From NCBI GenBank assembly GCA_038087875.1, contig JAXLNO010000438.1, forward strand, positions 62,001-126,000: DNA of 64,000 bases, written 5' to 3'. A program made the translations under genes and the position numbers. Positions within the stretch are counted from its first letter, which is position 1; each line of letters opens with the position of its first letter. The DNA comes from Malacoraja senta (taxonomy: Eukaryota). Shown here one piece after another: positions 25,385 through 37,677 of the stretch. The notes beneath the pieces are model-generated. The model did no database searches, was not told where the DNA came from, and saw nothing but the letters and a program-made list of their open reading frames with translations.

Positions 25385-27515
25385 AAAAAATATATATATA
25401 TTATTCATTAGAAGTAATGTACATTACAGTGATATAAGCCAAAAATAACATAATACATTTCCTGTACCACTTCTTGTTTTAAACTTTAAAAAGAAGAAGA
25501 ATAGAGAGAGTTAGATAAGATAGTAAGTGCGTGAAAGAGTGATCAGGAGAAACCCGTAGAAACGTAAAACACGAGAAAGAGTTAAAAAGAAAACCAAAGA
25601 AAAAGAAAGAGAAAAATAGAAAACAGAAGATATAAGAAAGTAAAATAAGATAAAAGGGATGTACCTACTTCGTATCTTTACACACCCCTCACCAGGTCCT
25701 GAAACCAGTTATTTTCAAAGTTATGTTGCACCCTATGCTTGTAATAAGTCAATAAATGGAGACCAAATCTTTTGGAAATGGTCTGATTTGCCTGCTAGGA
25801 GGAATCTCATGTCTTCGAGGTGTAACATTTCGGACATATTTGAAATCCACATTTTTATCGTTGGTGTGGGAGCGTTTTTCCAGAATTTAAGTATGTTTTT
25901 TTGCCATTATTAAGCCGTAATTAAGGAAGCTCTTTTGGAACGAAGTCAGCTCAAAGCTGGCTTCCATTGTTCCAAAATTAATCAATTCTGCGTTCGGTTT
26001 CAGTTTTATTTTAAATAATTTTGTAAAAATTTCAGATTTCTTTCCAAATTTTTTGGATTTTTATACAAAAAACAAAGGAATGTGCTATAGTTGTTTCTTG
26101 GGATAGACATTTATCACAGATGGGGGAGACATTTGGAAAAAATTTACTTATTTTAGTTTTTGAGTAATATAGTCTATGTAAGGTTTTAAATTGGATTAGA
26201 ATATGTCTTACATTGATCGAGCATTTGTGCACATATAGCAAGTGTTTATCCCAACTCTCTTTTGAGATTTTTATAGCTAGTTCTTGTTCCCAATCTCTTC
26301 TAATTATATCGGATGGTGGTATTTCTATATTTAGGATGATATTATACAAGTATGATATTAAATTAGTTGATTCCGCCTTTATATTCATTGCTTCGTCTAA
26401 TAGGTCTGGAGACAAATTTTGATATTCTTGTGTATATTTTTTCAAATAATCACGGATTTCAAAATATTTAAAATATTGATTACTTCTCAGATTGTATTTA
26501 AGTTGTAGTTGTTGGAATGACAAAAAATTTCCATTTTCATACATGTCTCCAAACGTTTTAATTCCTATTCTTTCCCAGTGGGTAAATGATTTATCTATAA
26601 TGGATGGTTTAAACGATGGATTATTAACTATAGGAGAGAGAAGCGATAGGTTTCTTCATTTTAGGGTTAATTTTATTTGTTTCCAAATTCTAATTGTACT
26701 ATGAATAATTGGATTTTTACTGTATATTGTATTCAGTTTTATTGGTGAGAGAAGGATCGCTCCTATATTAAAAGGGGTGCAATCCTCTCTCTCCATTACT
26801 ATCCAATCCACCCGCTGGGCAGAGTTGTCCAACAGGTGAATCACATTTTTGACATTTGCTGCCCAATAATAATACAAAAAATTAGGGAGTGTTAATCCAC
26901 CAAATTCTTTAGGTTTGCACAAATGTCTTTGAATTCTATGGGATTTATAGTCCCCAATAAAATTTGTGATATCGGAATCCAGTTTTAAACGTTTTTGGTA
27001 AGTATATTGGTATTGATTGGAATAGATATAAAATTTGTGGTAGAAAGATCACTTTTATAGCATTTATTCGGTCTATTAAAGACATCGGAAGAGTTTTCCA
27101 AAATTTAATCAGGGCGTTTAATTTATTAAGTAGGGGCATATAGTTTGCATTAAATAAAGATTTATATTTTCTGGTAATTTCAATTACCAAATATTTAAAT
27201 TTTTCTGTAGCAATTTTAAAAGGGAATTTTAACAGGTGTGTTGAGTCTTGAGGTTTTATCGTCATAATTTCACTTTTATTCCAATTTATTCTCTATCCTG
27301 AAAAGGATCCAAATTCCTCTATTAGATTTAATATATTTGGTATACTGATTTGTGATTTTGTGATGTATAGTAGTACATCATGTGCATATAATGATATTTT
27401 TTTCTTTGAGTATTTTGTATTATAACCATGGATATTCGGATGTGTTCTAATGCTTTCAGCTAGAGGTTCTATTACAAGAGCAAATAGCAGAGGTGATAGT
27501 GAGCATCCCTGTCTA
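25385..27515 (-). mobile_element. 5'-truncated L1-clade LINE (ORF2 3' half)
   Basis: RQGCSLSPLLF and YAHD near 27380-27510, KEFGGLTLPNFLYYYWAA, and C-terminal CDKC..H..C knuckle. 11-bp TSD TCAATTTCATT at 25374-25384 / 27516-27526. Confidence 0.9.
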
Positions 27516-28599
27516 TCAATTTCATTTTTATTACTTTTTTTCCAAAGTTGATTTCTCTTGCTAGTTGTTTCTCATTCCGGATTCCCACGTGTTAGACCTG
27601 TGACCTCTGGCTCGCACTGCCCTCCCCAGCCCCGACTTCCGACGATAGTTTCCGACCTCCAGTGAGCCCTACTTCACCCACCTCATGGGCCTGTTGTAGG
27701 CAGCTGACGTTGAAGCTGGAGAAGGCGCTTTCTTCAGGCTGCCGCCACCGACAGGTCGAGTTGTTGGTCCCCGTGGGGCTCCCTCCCCTCTCACCAGCTA
27801 CTGCTTCTTTTATACAAATGGCAAGGAGAATTATTTGAAGGAATCTTAATAAAGAGCCAAAGCAATGGCCAACAAGAAGACGCAGCAGCTGGTGAAAGGG
27901 GAGGGAGCCAAAAGTTGGCGGCAGCCTGAAGAAATTGCACTACAACGTGAGCCGCAAAAACAGCTGCATCAACAGACCATGCGGTTGGTGAAGAGGGATC
28001 GCTGGGACAAACCAGCAGCATCAACGCATAATTTTATGGTGAAACTACACAATGTGCGGGAGTAACTCAGCAGACTGAATCAGTCTGAAGAAGGTTCCGA
28101 CATCACCATGCCATGTTCTCCAGAGATGCTGCGTGACCTGCTGTGTTACTCCAGCACTTTGTATCCTTTTGTGTATTAACCACCATATGCAGTTCTTTGA
28201 TTCAACTCCTTACTCAGTGAAAGTGGACAATCGGCAATAACAAACACCATTTTTCTCCCCCCCCCCCCCCCCCCATGGTCTGTTATAACGAGGGTTTACT
28301 GTGCTTGTTTCCCACCCCAAAATAAACTGAACATGATGCAATTATCTCTATGACATACATAGTGGGGTGGAGGAAGATTTTGTCCGTAGTGATATCATTT
28401 TACTTGCTTCAGTATTTTTAATTCCTTCTTTAATGTTCCCTCAATGATAACAGCAAAAACAGATTGACATCACTATACAGAATAAACAGACATAATATTC
28501 ATCATCAATGATGAAAATGATGCAAATGCCAGTGGCTCAACAGTTACATTTGTAGAGCTAATTGTATTGGGAGTTTCCTGTTAGGATCTGAGGCATGCT

Positions 28600-29085
28600 G
28601 TAGCATGGCTCATGACTGACCATGGGTGATGCATCCTAGTTGTTGGCTGCTTGCTCCAAACCTCGGCTGGAGCAGCGTCGTTTGTGGCTGAAGAGACCAA
28701 TGCAGGAGTGACAGTCTCTGTGGCAAAGGTCACATTTGCGTGTAGTCTCTGGTTTGTTGAAGTTGCTGCGCTCCTTTCTGCGTGCCCGCTTGTCTGCCGC
28801 TGCGTTCAACAGTCTCTGTTGAGATGTTGGTTCAGGGTACCTCTCCACCTTGTGCGGTCAGCTGCAATGCTCTCCCAGGACTCCACATCGATGTCGAGCG
28901 CCTTCATATCTCTCTTGCAGACATCCTTATAACGTAGCTGGGGGAGGCCGATGGTTCTCCTCCCAGATGTCAGCTCTCCATGGAGGATGTCTTTTGGAAT
29001 ACGGCCATCCTCCATGCGGTGGACATGGCCCAGCCACCGCAGTCTGCACTGTCTGAGTAGAGTGTACATACTGGGAAGGCAACCG
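28600..29085 (-). mobile_element. RTE-clade LINE 3' fragment
   Basis: RLRWLGHVHRMEDGRIPKDILHGEL..GRR...RYKDVCKRDMK and terminal CDLCHRDCHSCIGLFSHKRRC. Confidence 0.88.
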
Positions 29086-30353
29086 CCCAGATTTTTAAGG
29101 CAAAGCTGAAACTTGAATTCTCCAGCGCTTCTTGTTGATGTTTTAATGGTCATTTTCAAAAAATAGCAATAGTAATCTCAATCATAGTATTGGTAATACA
29201 AATGGAATATAGATTGTATTGTAAATCAAGATTTGGTTTGGAACAGTATTAGGGATTAATATATTTTGATAAGATAAACGTGTATGCTTTTTTGTTTGTA
29301 AATTTGACAAAGTAATATCATACGTAGGTGGGGTAAATAAAGTTTGTCTGAATAGAAAATTGAATGTCTGGTTAGTTCATAGTACTTATTATTATTTTGA
29401 TGATCACCTGCTGTAAGTTGAAAAGGGACAAGAATACATAAACAGAATAACAACCTGACTCGCAATGTTCACAGTGGTATATAATTTTCTGTTTAAAAAA
29501 AAAAAAAAAAACCCCACTGGGTTAGGAAAATTATTATAAATTGTTCAAGACTGAGTACTGATATTTACAGGTTTATCCTGCAATGAAAACAAAGCTTGAA
29601 CGATTGTCTGCCTTCTCATTACTTTGTTTCTGTTATAAGGTAGCTGAGAAAGGCTGTGCGTTCTCTTGCATTATTCTTTCAAAATGGGGGGAACTTATTT
29701 CCTTTCTTGGCATGACGATGTTTTGTAAATTCCTTCTGCTTCCTGTGAATGCTTCCCAAGTATATCACTGGCTCCACTTCTTGTTTCTGAAGGCACAATA
29801 GCTGCAAAAAGTTTGATGGCCTGTCGTTCTTTGCATTACACTTCCGTGATAAGTGGAATGTCAATTGTTGGTTGTAGTAGTTGGTTCCTTCCCCAGCTTA
29901 ATTTTTATCAACTAGTTTAAGCCGACAATTTAATCTTTGATTTGATCTTCTAGAATTTACCAAATTCCTCAAACTCTTCTTTGTACTGTGGCCCCCAGTA
30001 CAATCCTGATTTTATTTTTGTTGCCCCTGCTCCTTTCTGCCCAAGGATTCCAAAACTCTTGATCATATAACGTGCTTGGCCATGTCATTCTTCATGAACT
30101 CTGGGTTGTTTATGTTGAATCATGCAAAACCTCACCACCATTACCCAACCCCTTAAATGTATGATTACATTGGACAATGAGGATGTCATAGTTTTATTTC
30201 CTTATGTGACCCGCCTCATTCTCCTGTCCTGTATTTCTTTGCCTCTGAAACCAGATACAAAAAGCCCTGTGTTATTCTTTTTTTTTTGCTTGGTACAATC
30301 AATGTAATGACTACCTGGTGCTTTTATAAATGGATGAACATTTTTAAAGGAAT

Positions 30354-30660
30354 ACAGTAAAACTAATAATCTAGTACTCTCAGGACTTTAGTGGTGCCAG
30401 AACAGCTGATTTTAGGACTGTTGACTATTTCTATTTATACCTAGACATTTTTTTTTACTCAATTCTCTAGATGTTACGTGGTACGATAATACATTTCCTA
30501 GTGTGTTGGGTAAGTTGACAGGGCAAGTGGGAACTGAGGCCCTGGTGAGACGGGATCTGAGGCCCCAGTCAGGTGGAAAGGGAGCATGGTGAACAACACC
30601 AGATGCTGAATCATTGATATTTCTGAATAGTTAAATAGAAAGTTATCAGGATTTTACTAT
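30354..30660. mobile_element. Ancient Tigger/Tc1-like MITE (related copy at ~45557-46165)
   Basis: TA-CAGTAAAACT... left end and ...TTATCAGGATTTTACTA right end. Similar ends and a similar internal GGTGAG/GGCCCCAGT repeat at 45557-46165. Confidence 0.4.
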
Positions 30661-30950
30661 GTGGAAGATCAGAAGCATAACTTTTGTCCCCTGTTGTAAA
30701 CCTGGCTCCTTCACTGAATGTTTGCTGCCCTGAGCCTGGTAAGGTTGACATTTGTTGAACCCTGAGCTGAATGCCACAAAATTCAATACTTCACGAAAGC
30801 CAATCGACTCAATATAAACTTGCTTATAGCTGCCCTCTCCCTGCTGAAAGACTTGACCTTGCTTATGTATCCCGGTGCATTGGTTTCTCCATTCACACTC
30901 ATGCTGTTTTCTTTTAACTCTTCTTAAAATTCAAGATAAACAAACGTCGA

Positions 30951-31155
30951 AAGGGCCTGTCCCACTTGGGCGTCATTTGCTCGTAATTTATGCGACATCA
31001 TTACGCGTGCATGGTGCACATTACGCGCGCATGGTGCGTGGTGACATAGGCAGTGACACGCGGTCGCGCGCGGCGCCCCAGGATTTTGTGATGTACAAAA
31101 TCTTTGCGCGACATCTGCGTGACGTGCATATGACGCCCAAGTGGGACAGGCCCTT
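30951..31155. mobile_element. PIF/Harbinger-like MITE
   Basis: Perfect 26-bp TIR AAGGGCCTGTCCCACTTGGGCGTCAT / ATGACGCCCAAGTGGGACAGGCCCTT with a CpG-rich interior. Confidence 0.82.
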
Positions 31156-31356
31156 GAGGCACACCAAGTCCCAGATGTCTCTCCCCTTTTTCGTTTTGAT
31201 ATTACTTCCTGATTTGTATGTGAGTTCTTTTAATCTTGAAATCAAATGTTAACTGTCCAACTTTATGCCACAATCTTCAGTTCCCGAACTTCTGATGTTC
31301 ATCCCTCCAAGGGCTGTAGGCGATGGAGCTCCGTCGATGACGGAGGGTTTCCCCAA

Positions 31357-31655
31357 CTTTAGTTTAGCGGAAATGGGCCCATCGGCCCACCGAGTCCGCA
31401 CCGACCAGAGATCGCCGCACACTAACACTATTCTACACACACACACAAGGGACAATTTACAATTACACCAAGCCAATTAACCTACAAACCTGTACGACTT
31501 TGGAGTCTGGGAGGAAACTGGAGCACCCGGAGAAAACCTATGCAGTCACGGAGAGAACGTACAAACTACGTACAGACAGCATCTGTAGTCGCGTCGACCC
31601 TGTGTCTCCGGCGCTGTGAGGCAGTACTCTACCACTGCGCCACTGTGACGCCCTC
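31357..31655 (-). mobile_element. tRNA-derived SINE (HE1-like)
   Basis: Minus-strand head GGGCGTCACAGTGGCGCAGTGGTAGAGT (A-box like), core GGGTTTTCTCCGGGTGCTCCAGTTTCCTCCC, (CTAAA)n tail. Confidence 0.82.
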
Positions 31656-31944
31656 ATTTTAAAAAGGATTTCTTGAAATGGATTTACTTGACAGATCCCT
31701 TTTACGTATTTCGTCCATTCTGCAAAATACTTTCAACATTAAAGCATCTTGCTGTTTGACAATGTTCGTGGTCAGCATTATTTTATATTAAGTGGCAAAT
31801 AGAAGAACTAAATGTGTTTATTTTTTTCTCCAGAGGAATTTCTCAATCTATGAAGTTGGTACTGGTAAATTGAAAAATTGTGTTAAAATTATGATGGGGC
31901 AAAGGTTCCATTAAATCTATTTTAACATTTTTGTTTTTCTCTAG

Positions 31945-32006
31945 ACTTGATATCTACAGGAAAGTTCCAAAAGACCTTACTCAGCCCACATACACAGGAG
32001 CTGTCA
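31945..32006 (+). CDS. ERGIC1: ERGIC1 (ER-Golgi intermediate compartment protein 1) coding exon 2, 62 nt
   Basis: ttttctctag|A CTT GAT ATC TAC... encodes (R)LDIYRKVPKDLTQPTYTGAV, then |gtaagt. Matches the vertebrate ERGIC1 N-terminus (FDIYRKVPKDLTQPTYTGA). Confidence 0.96.
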
Positions 32007-35000
32007 GTAAGTATTGTGTTACATCCTGCTTGGTCTTTATGACAATCACATGCCAGTTTTACAGACCATTCATGTTTAAAAAAAAAAAGACTTCAAAGGA
32101 AAGTCCATCATTAGCAGGGAGGGCTCAAGGCACTGGATGCAACTGTTCTGCTGATACCAAGATATATCTCCTACTCTTATTTGACCCCTGGCATGAAGAA
32201 TTAGGAAGTTAAAGTTATTAAATTCTGTTTGGGCAACATCCATAATTTGACAATCTTGTGCAGGCAACATAATGAAAAATGAAATCGCAGCTGCTGTTTC
32301 AACAAAATTATGATACGCTATATATGCCTCTCCAACCTGCATTCATAACTGACAATCAGGTTTTCCCCTCGGCTCTGTGTCCACAGCAATATGACTGCTC
32401 TGTAGGCAGTGCTTAATCTCCCGTGATCCAAAATGTTCAGTCGTGTTTTGCAAAATGTATGAACCACAGGACCAGCGATGATCCTTTTTATTGTAGCACT
32501 GCATTTCAGAAGCTATGTGAGCTATCCACTGTGTGTGCACATCCTTGTATCACTGAACCATAAACTAATAATTACATTTAGTTCCAGTCATTGTTGCAAC
32601 ATGGAATCCAAATGTATTTACCAATATCATACTAAAACATACTCTCAAACTTTTTTTGCCAAAGTATAACGATTCTTAATGTTGGCATGCTAAATTGTTA
32701 GTTGGTTGGTTGTGTCACCTCTGGGCAGTTTTGTTTGTTTATACTAAACTCTTAATTACCAGTTGTTGCCTACTGTCATTTAAAAAAAAATCATTTAGTT
32801 TCCCCTGGGATCTGGGGCTCAACTTAAAAAAAATAAAAAAAAATCCCTTTTCTCTGCTGTTCCCCAAGCCACCATTTCCCAGTCTCTGCACTTCAATCTA
32901 TTCCCAAAATAACATCTCATAATTTTAATAAAAGGGTTTGAACCAGATGCCATTTTCTCCCTCCATAGATGCTCCGTGACCTGCGGGTCATCAATTATTT
33001 TGTTGCCATCCTGATCGTATTTGAGTCTCCTGCATCTTGAGCCACGTAGAGCTACCTATTTCTTCTACTGCCTTCTGTCCTTAGCGAGCTTGTTGGTGAT
33101 AGTCGGTGACTATCGGTGATCCTTACCAATGTGGATGGGACATGTTGGTTGGTGTGGGCAAGTTGGGCCAATGGGCCTGTTTCCACGCAGTATAACATCA
33201 TGACTATAACTCTATATTTGGAGAATTATCTTGCTGCGTACTCTGGATATCGTGAACTCTCCTGATGATTATATTTTCTCCCTCAAGAAGATACAAAAGG
33301 TCCCATTGCCTGTGTTGAAGTCCTGAGCAAAGTGGTATATTTTATTTTTAGTAGGATGTGAGCATTACTGGCAAAGTCAATATTTTAGTGCTCATCCATA
33401 GAATTCAACACTCTTCCTTTTGTTCTTGTAGGAATAGGCACAGAAATTGCCTTTCCCATTCTCGATCATCGTCTTCAGTGCCGTCTCTAGTTACGATGTT
33501 GAATGTACACCGTTCACTCTTTCTATAGCTTTAACGTTAATTCTTTAATGTGGTCCATGTACCTTGAACACAGTCCACGAACCACAGTCTAATCATTGTT
33601 TTGTGTATTTGTATCACTACCACTTCCCAGTTTTTGCCCTCATTTATAAAATGCGGTTGATTTTATTTTTATTTAATAACAATAATTTTATTATTTTGTG
33701 CTTTTGGGTTTGAATTTGTCTTAAACATGTGGTCATTCCATGATATTGTTGCACAAAGGTAATGTTTACCTATTGCAGTTTGATGGCGTAAGTATGTTTT
33801 CATGATTAATACTTTAAAAAAGTCACAAGACCTGCAATGCATCAGGACTACTCACTTTTGCAGTTTAGTACTGTTGAGTCAGAATTGTTGACTTGCACTG
33901 ACTGGTTAGTTGCTGTGACTTGCACGTCTTCAGGTCTCTTAACACGTTTCCTTCTTCTGAGTGTGTCATACCCCTCTTCTATCTTGCAATGCGGTGACAA
34001 CTTTATTGCGTTATAATATCCTGAATAGGTAATATAGTGAAGGAAAATATTTCTAAATTCGCTAATTTCCCCTCAAAAATTTGGGTTTATAGCCTGAAAA
34101 TGAATTACCTAAGAGTAGAATTGCAATAGGCAGCAATATTATTGGATGATCTTTCCTTTAAAAAAATTAATCAAGGTAGATTAAAGCTAATAATTTTGGT
34201 ATAGTTTCTAAATTGCCATTATGTACAGAAACATTTTGTTGTATCTGAGCAATCTCATATAAAGAAAAGGGAAGCATTCTTTGCAGAATGGACTCTAAAT
34301 GAAGATGTTGGAGAAGAGAACAGAATTACAAACGCATTGATTGAAAAGCTATCTGATCTAGGCTTTTCTCAGGAAGCAGATTAGTAGAGCATGGCTCTTT
34401 AATGCATATTGCAAATTTAGTGAAGCAATTTGATAGCTGATATGGTGATTTTGATTCTCATAATGACCCTCCCTCAAACCTCTGGTCCTCACACCCTCTC
34501 TTTCTGTAACCCCTGCTCCCCGTTTCTCTACCACACTTTCTTTATCTCTCGTGAGGAGAGGGAAATTGAATGAAGGTTTCAAATTTCTCCTGAACACCTG
34601 ATTGCTGCTGGCAGCACTCCCTAAGGTGATGAGTCACAACTTCCTTATGTTGAGTAGCTCGTTTAGTCAGTGAGGGACATCGTCACTGAAATATCATACT
34701 AACCCCCCCCCCCCCCTCCCCCCTGTCAAGATTCTTTTGAAGAACAAACTGGGCTGGTTGAATTCTGGACCAGTACTACATTTATGGCATATGGTGTAAC
34801 TGCTTGAGCTTGTCTTGCCTGTTACATGGCATCAATAGGAGTGATCATGACATAGTTACTGTCGGAGCCAAGTCCTGATTTTATGTGAAGATATCCTCAA
34901 AAATATCTTGTGTAAAACATGGGTTCAAGTACCTTTGTGACATTTGGTGACTTTAAATCCATTGTTAATAAATTAATGTGGGTTAAAATCAGTAGATGTT

Positions 35001-36349
35001 TCTTACCTCTTCTTGATCCAAAATAAATCCATTAACATTGACCATTAACATTGGACCTCAATAACTTACTCCACCGTACTGTGGTGGTGGTTTGAGCGAG
35101 AAATTACCATCACCTTCTCAAAAACAGCTCGATCGGGAAATTAAGGGAAATGAAAGAAAACTGCAAATCTAAAACAGAAATTACTGGAAATGCTGAGTCT
35201 GACCAGCTGAAATTTCTTTGATTGGGCAGCAATGGTTATCCTGCTAGCAATTCCCAAATCTTTGGAATCAATTTAAAAAAAATCAAATTCCTTTTAATAA
35301 GAAACTACATATTGATAGCATAAAAATAATTACATTCGAAATTCAATAAATTAAAAAATAAAACTATTTTTAATTTTGTTGTTGTGTTTAATGTGTTGAA
35401 ATGCGCTTGTATCCAGTTTCTTGAATCGTCATGGCCAAGAAAGAAACATAATTTGTTTCTCCTATTTCACAAATGTGTTAACATTTTGCAATTTGCATGT
35501 GTTATGGGTTGACTCTTTAAGCTTTAACCTTTTCTCTTCCCTTTTATATGATTTTTGGCATTGAGGCAGATTTGAAGGAACTTGGGGCAGAGTTGGGTTA
35601 TTTTCGCTTCAGCCAGTTTGTCAGTGTTACAAATGCCAAAGGTAATAGACAGGATAAATAGCAACAGTACTGTTTGAAGTGGTTGAATGTGCGGAATTGG
35701 ATGTAAAATCAAAAAATGTCGGACAGCAACAAATGCTTTAACATTAAGAGAGCCACAGTTTAAGAATAAGGGGTAGGCCATTTAGAATGGAGATGAGGAA
35801 AAATGTTTTCACCCAGAGATTTGTGAATCTGTGGAATTCTCTGCCTCAGAAGGCAGTGGAGGCCCAATTCTCTGGATGCTTTCATGAAAGTTAGATTGTG
35901 GTCTTAAAGATAGCGGAGTCAAGGGATATGGGGAGAAGGCAGGAACAGGGTATTGATTGTGGATGATCAGCCATGATTACAGTGAATGACAGTGCTGACT
36001 CAAAGGGCCGAATGGCCTACTCCTGCATTTACAGGGCTCAAAATTAATGGTTGCCCGGGTGCCAATGGCCACCTAAAGTCCTGCTGGGCAACCTATAAGC
36101 CTGGTCATTTTGCCCGGCTTGACACTGCAGATACTGGTTTATACCGAAGATAGACACAAAAAACTGGTGTAACTCAGTGGGTCAGGCAGCATCTCTGGAG
36201 AAAAGGAATAAATCCGGCACTGATCCCCATTCCCACCTCTATTCAGTCCTCACTGACATCCCCTGTGCTCCCCTCCCCATCTACGTCCCCCCCCGATCTA
36301 TTAATCCTGCACTGATCACCCTATCCACCTCGCATTGATTCTCCTGCCA

Positions 36350-37050
36350 CTCGCCATCCATCCTACACTGGTCCCCCAATTCATCCTGTACTGAACCCCC
36401 CCCCATTCATCCTGTACTGATCCCCCCCCATTCATCCTGTACTGACCCCCCCCCTCCATTTATCCTGCACCGATCCCCCATCCATCCTGTAATGATCTCT
36501 CCATTCATCCTGTACTGATCCCCCCCCCTATTTATCCTGTACTGATTCCCATTCATCCTGTACTGATCCCTCCCATTCATCCTGTACTGATCCACCCATT
36601 CATCCTGTACTGATCCACCCATTCATCCTGTACTGATTCTCCCCCATTCATCCTGTACTGATTCCCCCCATTCATCCTGTACTGATCCCCCCATTCATCC
36701 TGTACTGATCCCCCCCATTCATCCTGTACTGATCCCCCACCATCCATCCTGCACTGATCCCCCCATCCATCCTGCACTGATTCCCCCCCATCCATCTTGC
36801 ACTGAACCCCCCATCCATCCTGCACTGAACCCCCCATCCATCCTGCACGGATCCCCCCCATCCATCCTGCACTGATCCCCCCCATCCATCCTGTAATGAT
36901 CCCCCCATTCATCCTGTACTGATCCCCCCCCATCCATCCTGTACTGATCCCCCCCATCCATCCTGTACTGATCCCCCCCATCCATCCCGTACTGATCCCC
37001 TCCCATTCAATCCCTACTGATCCCCTCCCATTCAATCCCTACTGACATCC
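36350..37050 (+). repeat. Minisatellite, ~22-26-bp unit CCCCCCATTCATCCTGTACTGAT
   Basis: More than 25 tandem units with variable C-run length. Degenerate flanks extend to ~36215 and ~37210. Confidence 0.95.
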
Positions 37051-37677
37051 CCCCGCGCGCTCCCCTCACAATTTTACCTATTCCAAACCAACCCGCACGA
37101 ATTCCCCTGCCTCAATCAATAAATCCATCCTGCACCGATTGCCTTCTCAATCACCCCCCTCCCCCCATATCTATCCATCCCGCACTGATTCACCCCCCCG
37201 ACCCTACTGCGCTGGAAATGTCTTCAGAACGAACATTGACTATGTATGATAACGGAATGCAATCAAATGTGTTTTAATTCCCAATGTTATTATTTGTTTT
37301 AATCCATAAAGATGGATTAATTAAATTGTGAACACGTGAAAGATTAAAACCACAGTGTTCGATTGTCACTACTACCGTTAACACATTATTACAGAATTCA
37401 TTTGAATGGCAAATCAATGCTCTTATTATGGAGTATCAGTACTGTAGTTATTTAATGAGCAACATTCACAACTATTCGTTGGATTTATCCAGGTTTTACT
37501 TCTACAGTCAGTCATATACATCACAAATTTGGTCAGGAGATATTTCAGTTGAAATTTTAACGTTAATTTTGAAGTGGGAATGGTGGAAAGAGCGTTTCCC
37601 AATAATTAAAAAAAAATCTGGTGCGTACAAACTGGGTATCTTCATTGCTGTTCACAACACATACATCTAATCTGAAT

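Noticed and set aside
36350..37050. CRISPR-like array or Gly/Met/Trp-rich repeat proteins
   Set aside because: Units are contiguous with no unique spacers, the context is a vertebrate intron, and the ORFs are translations of the minisatellite.
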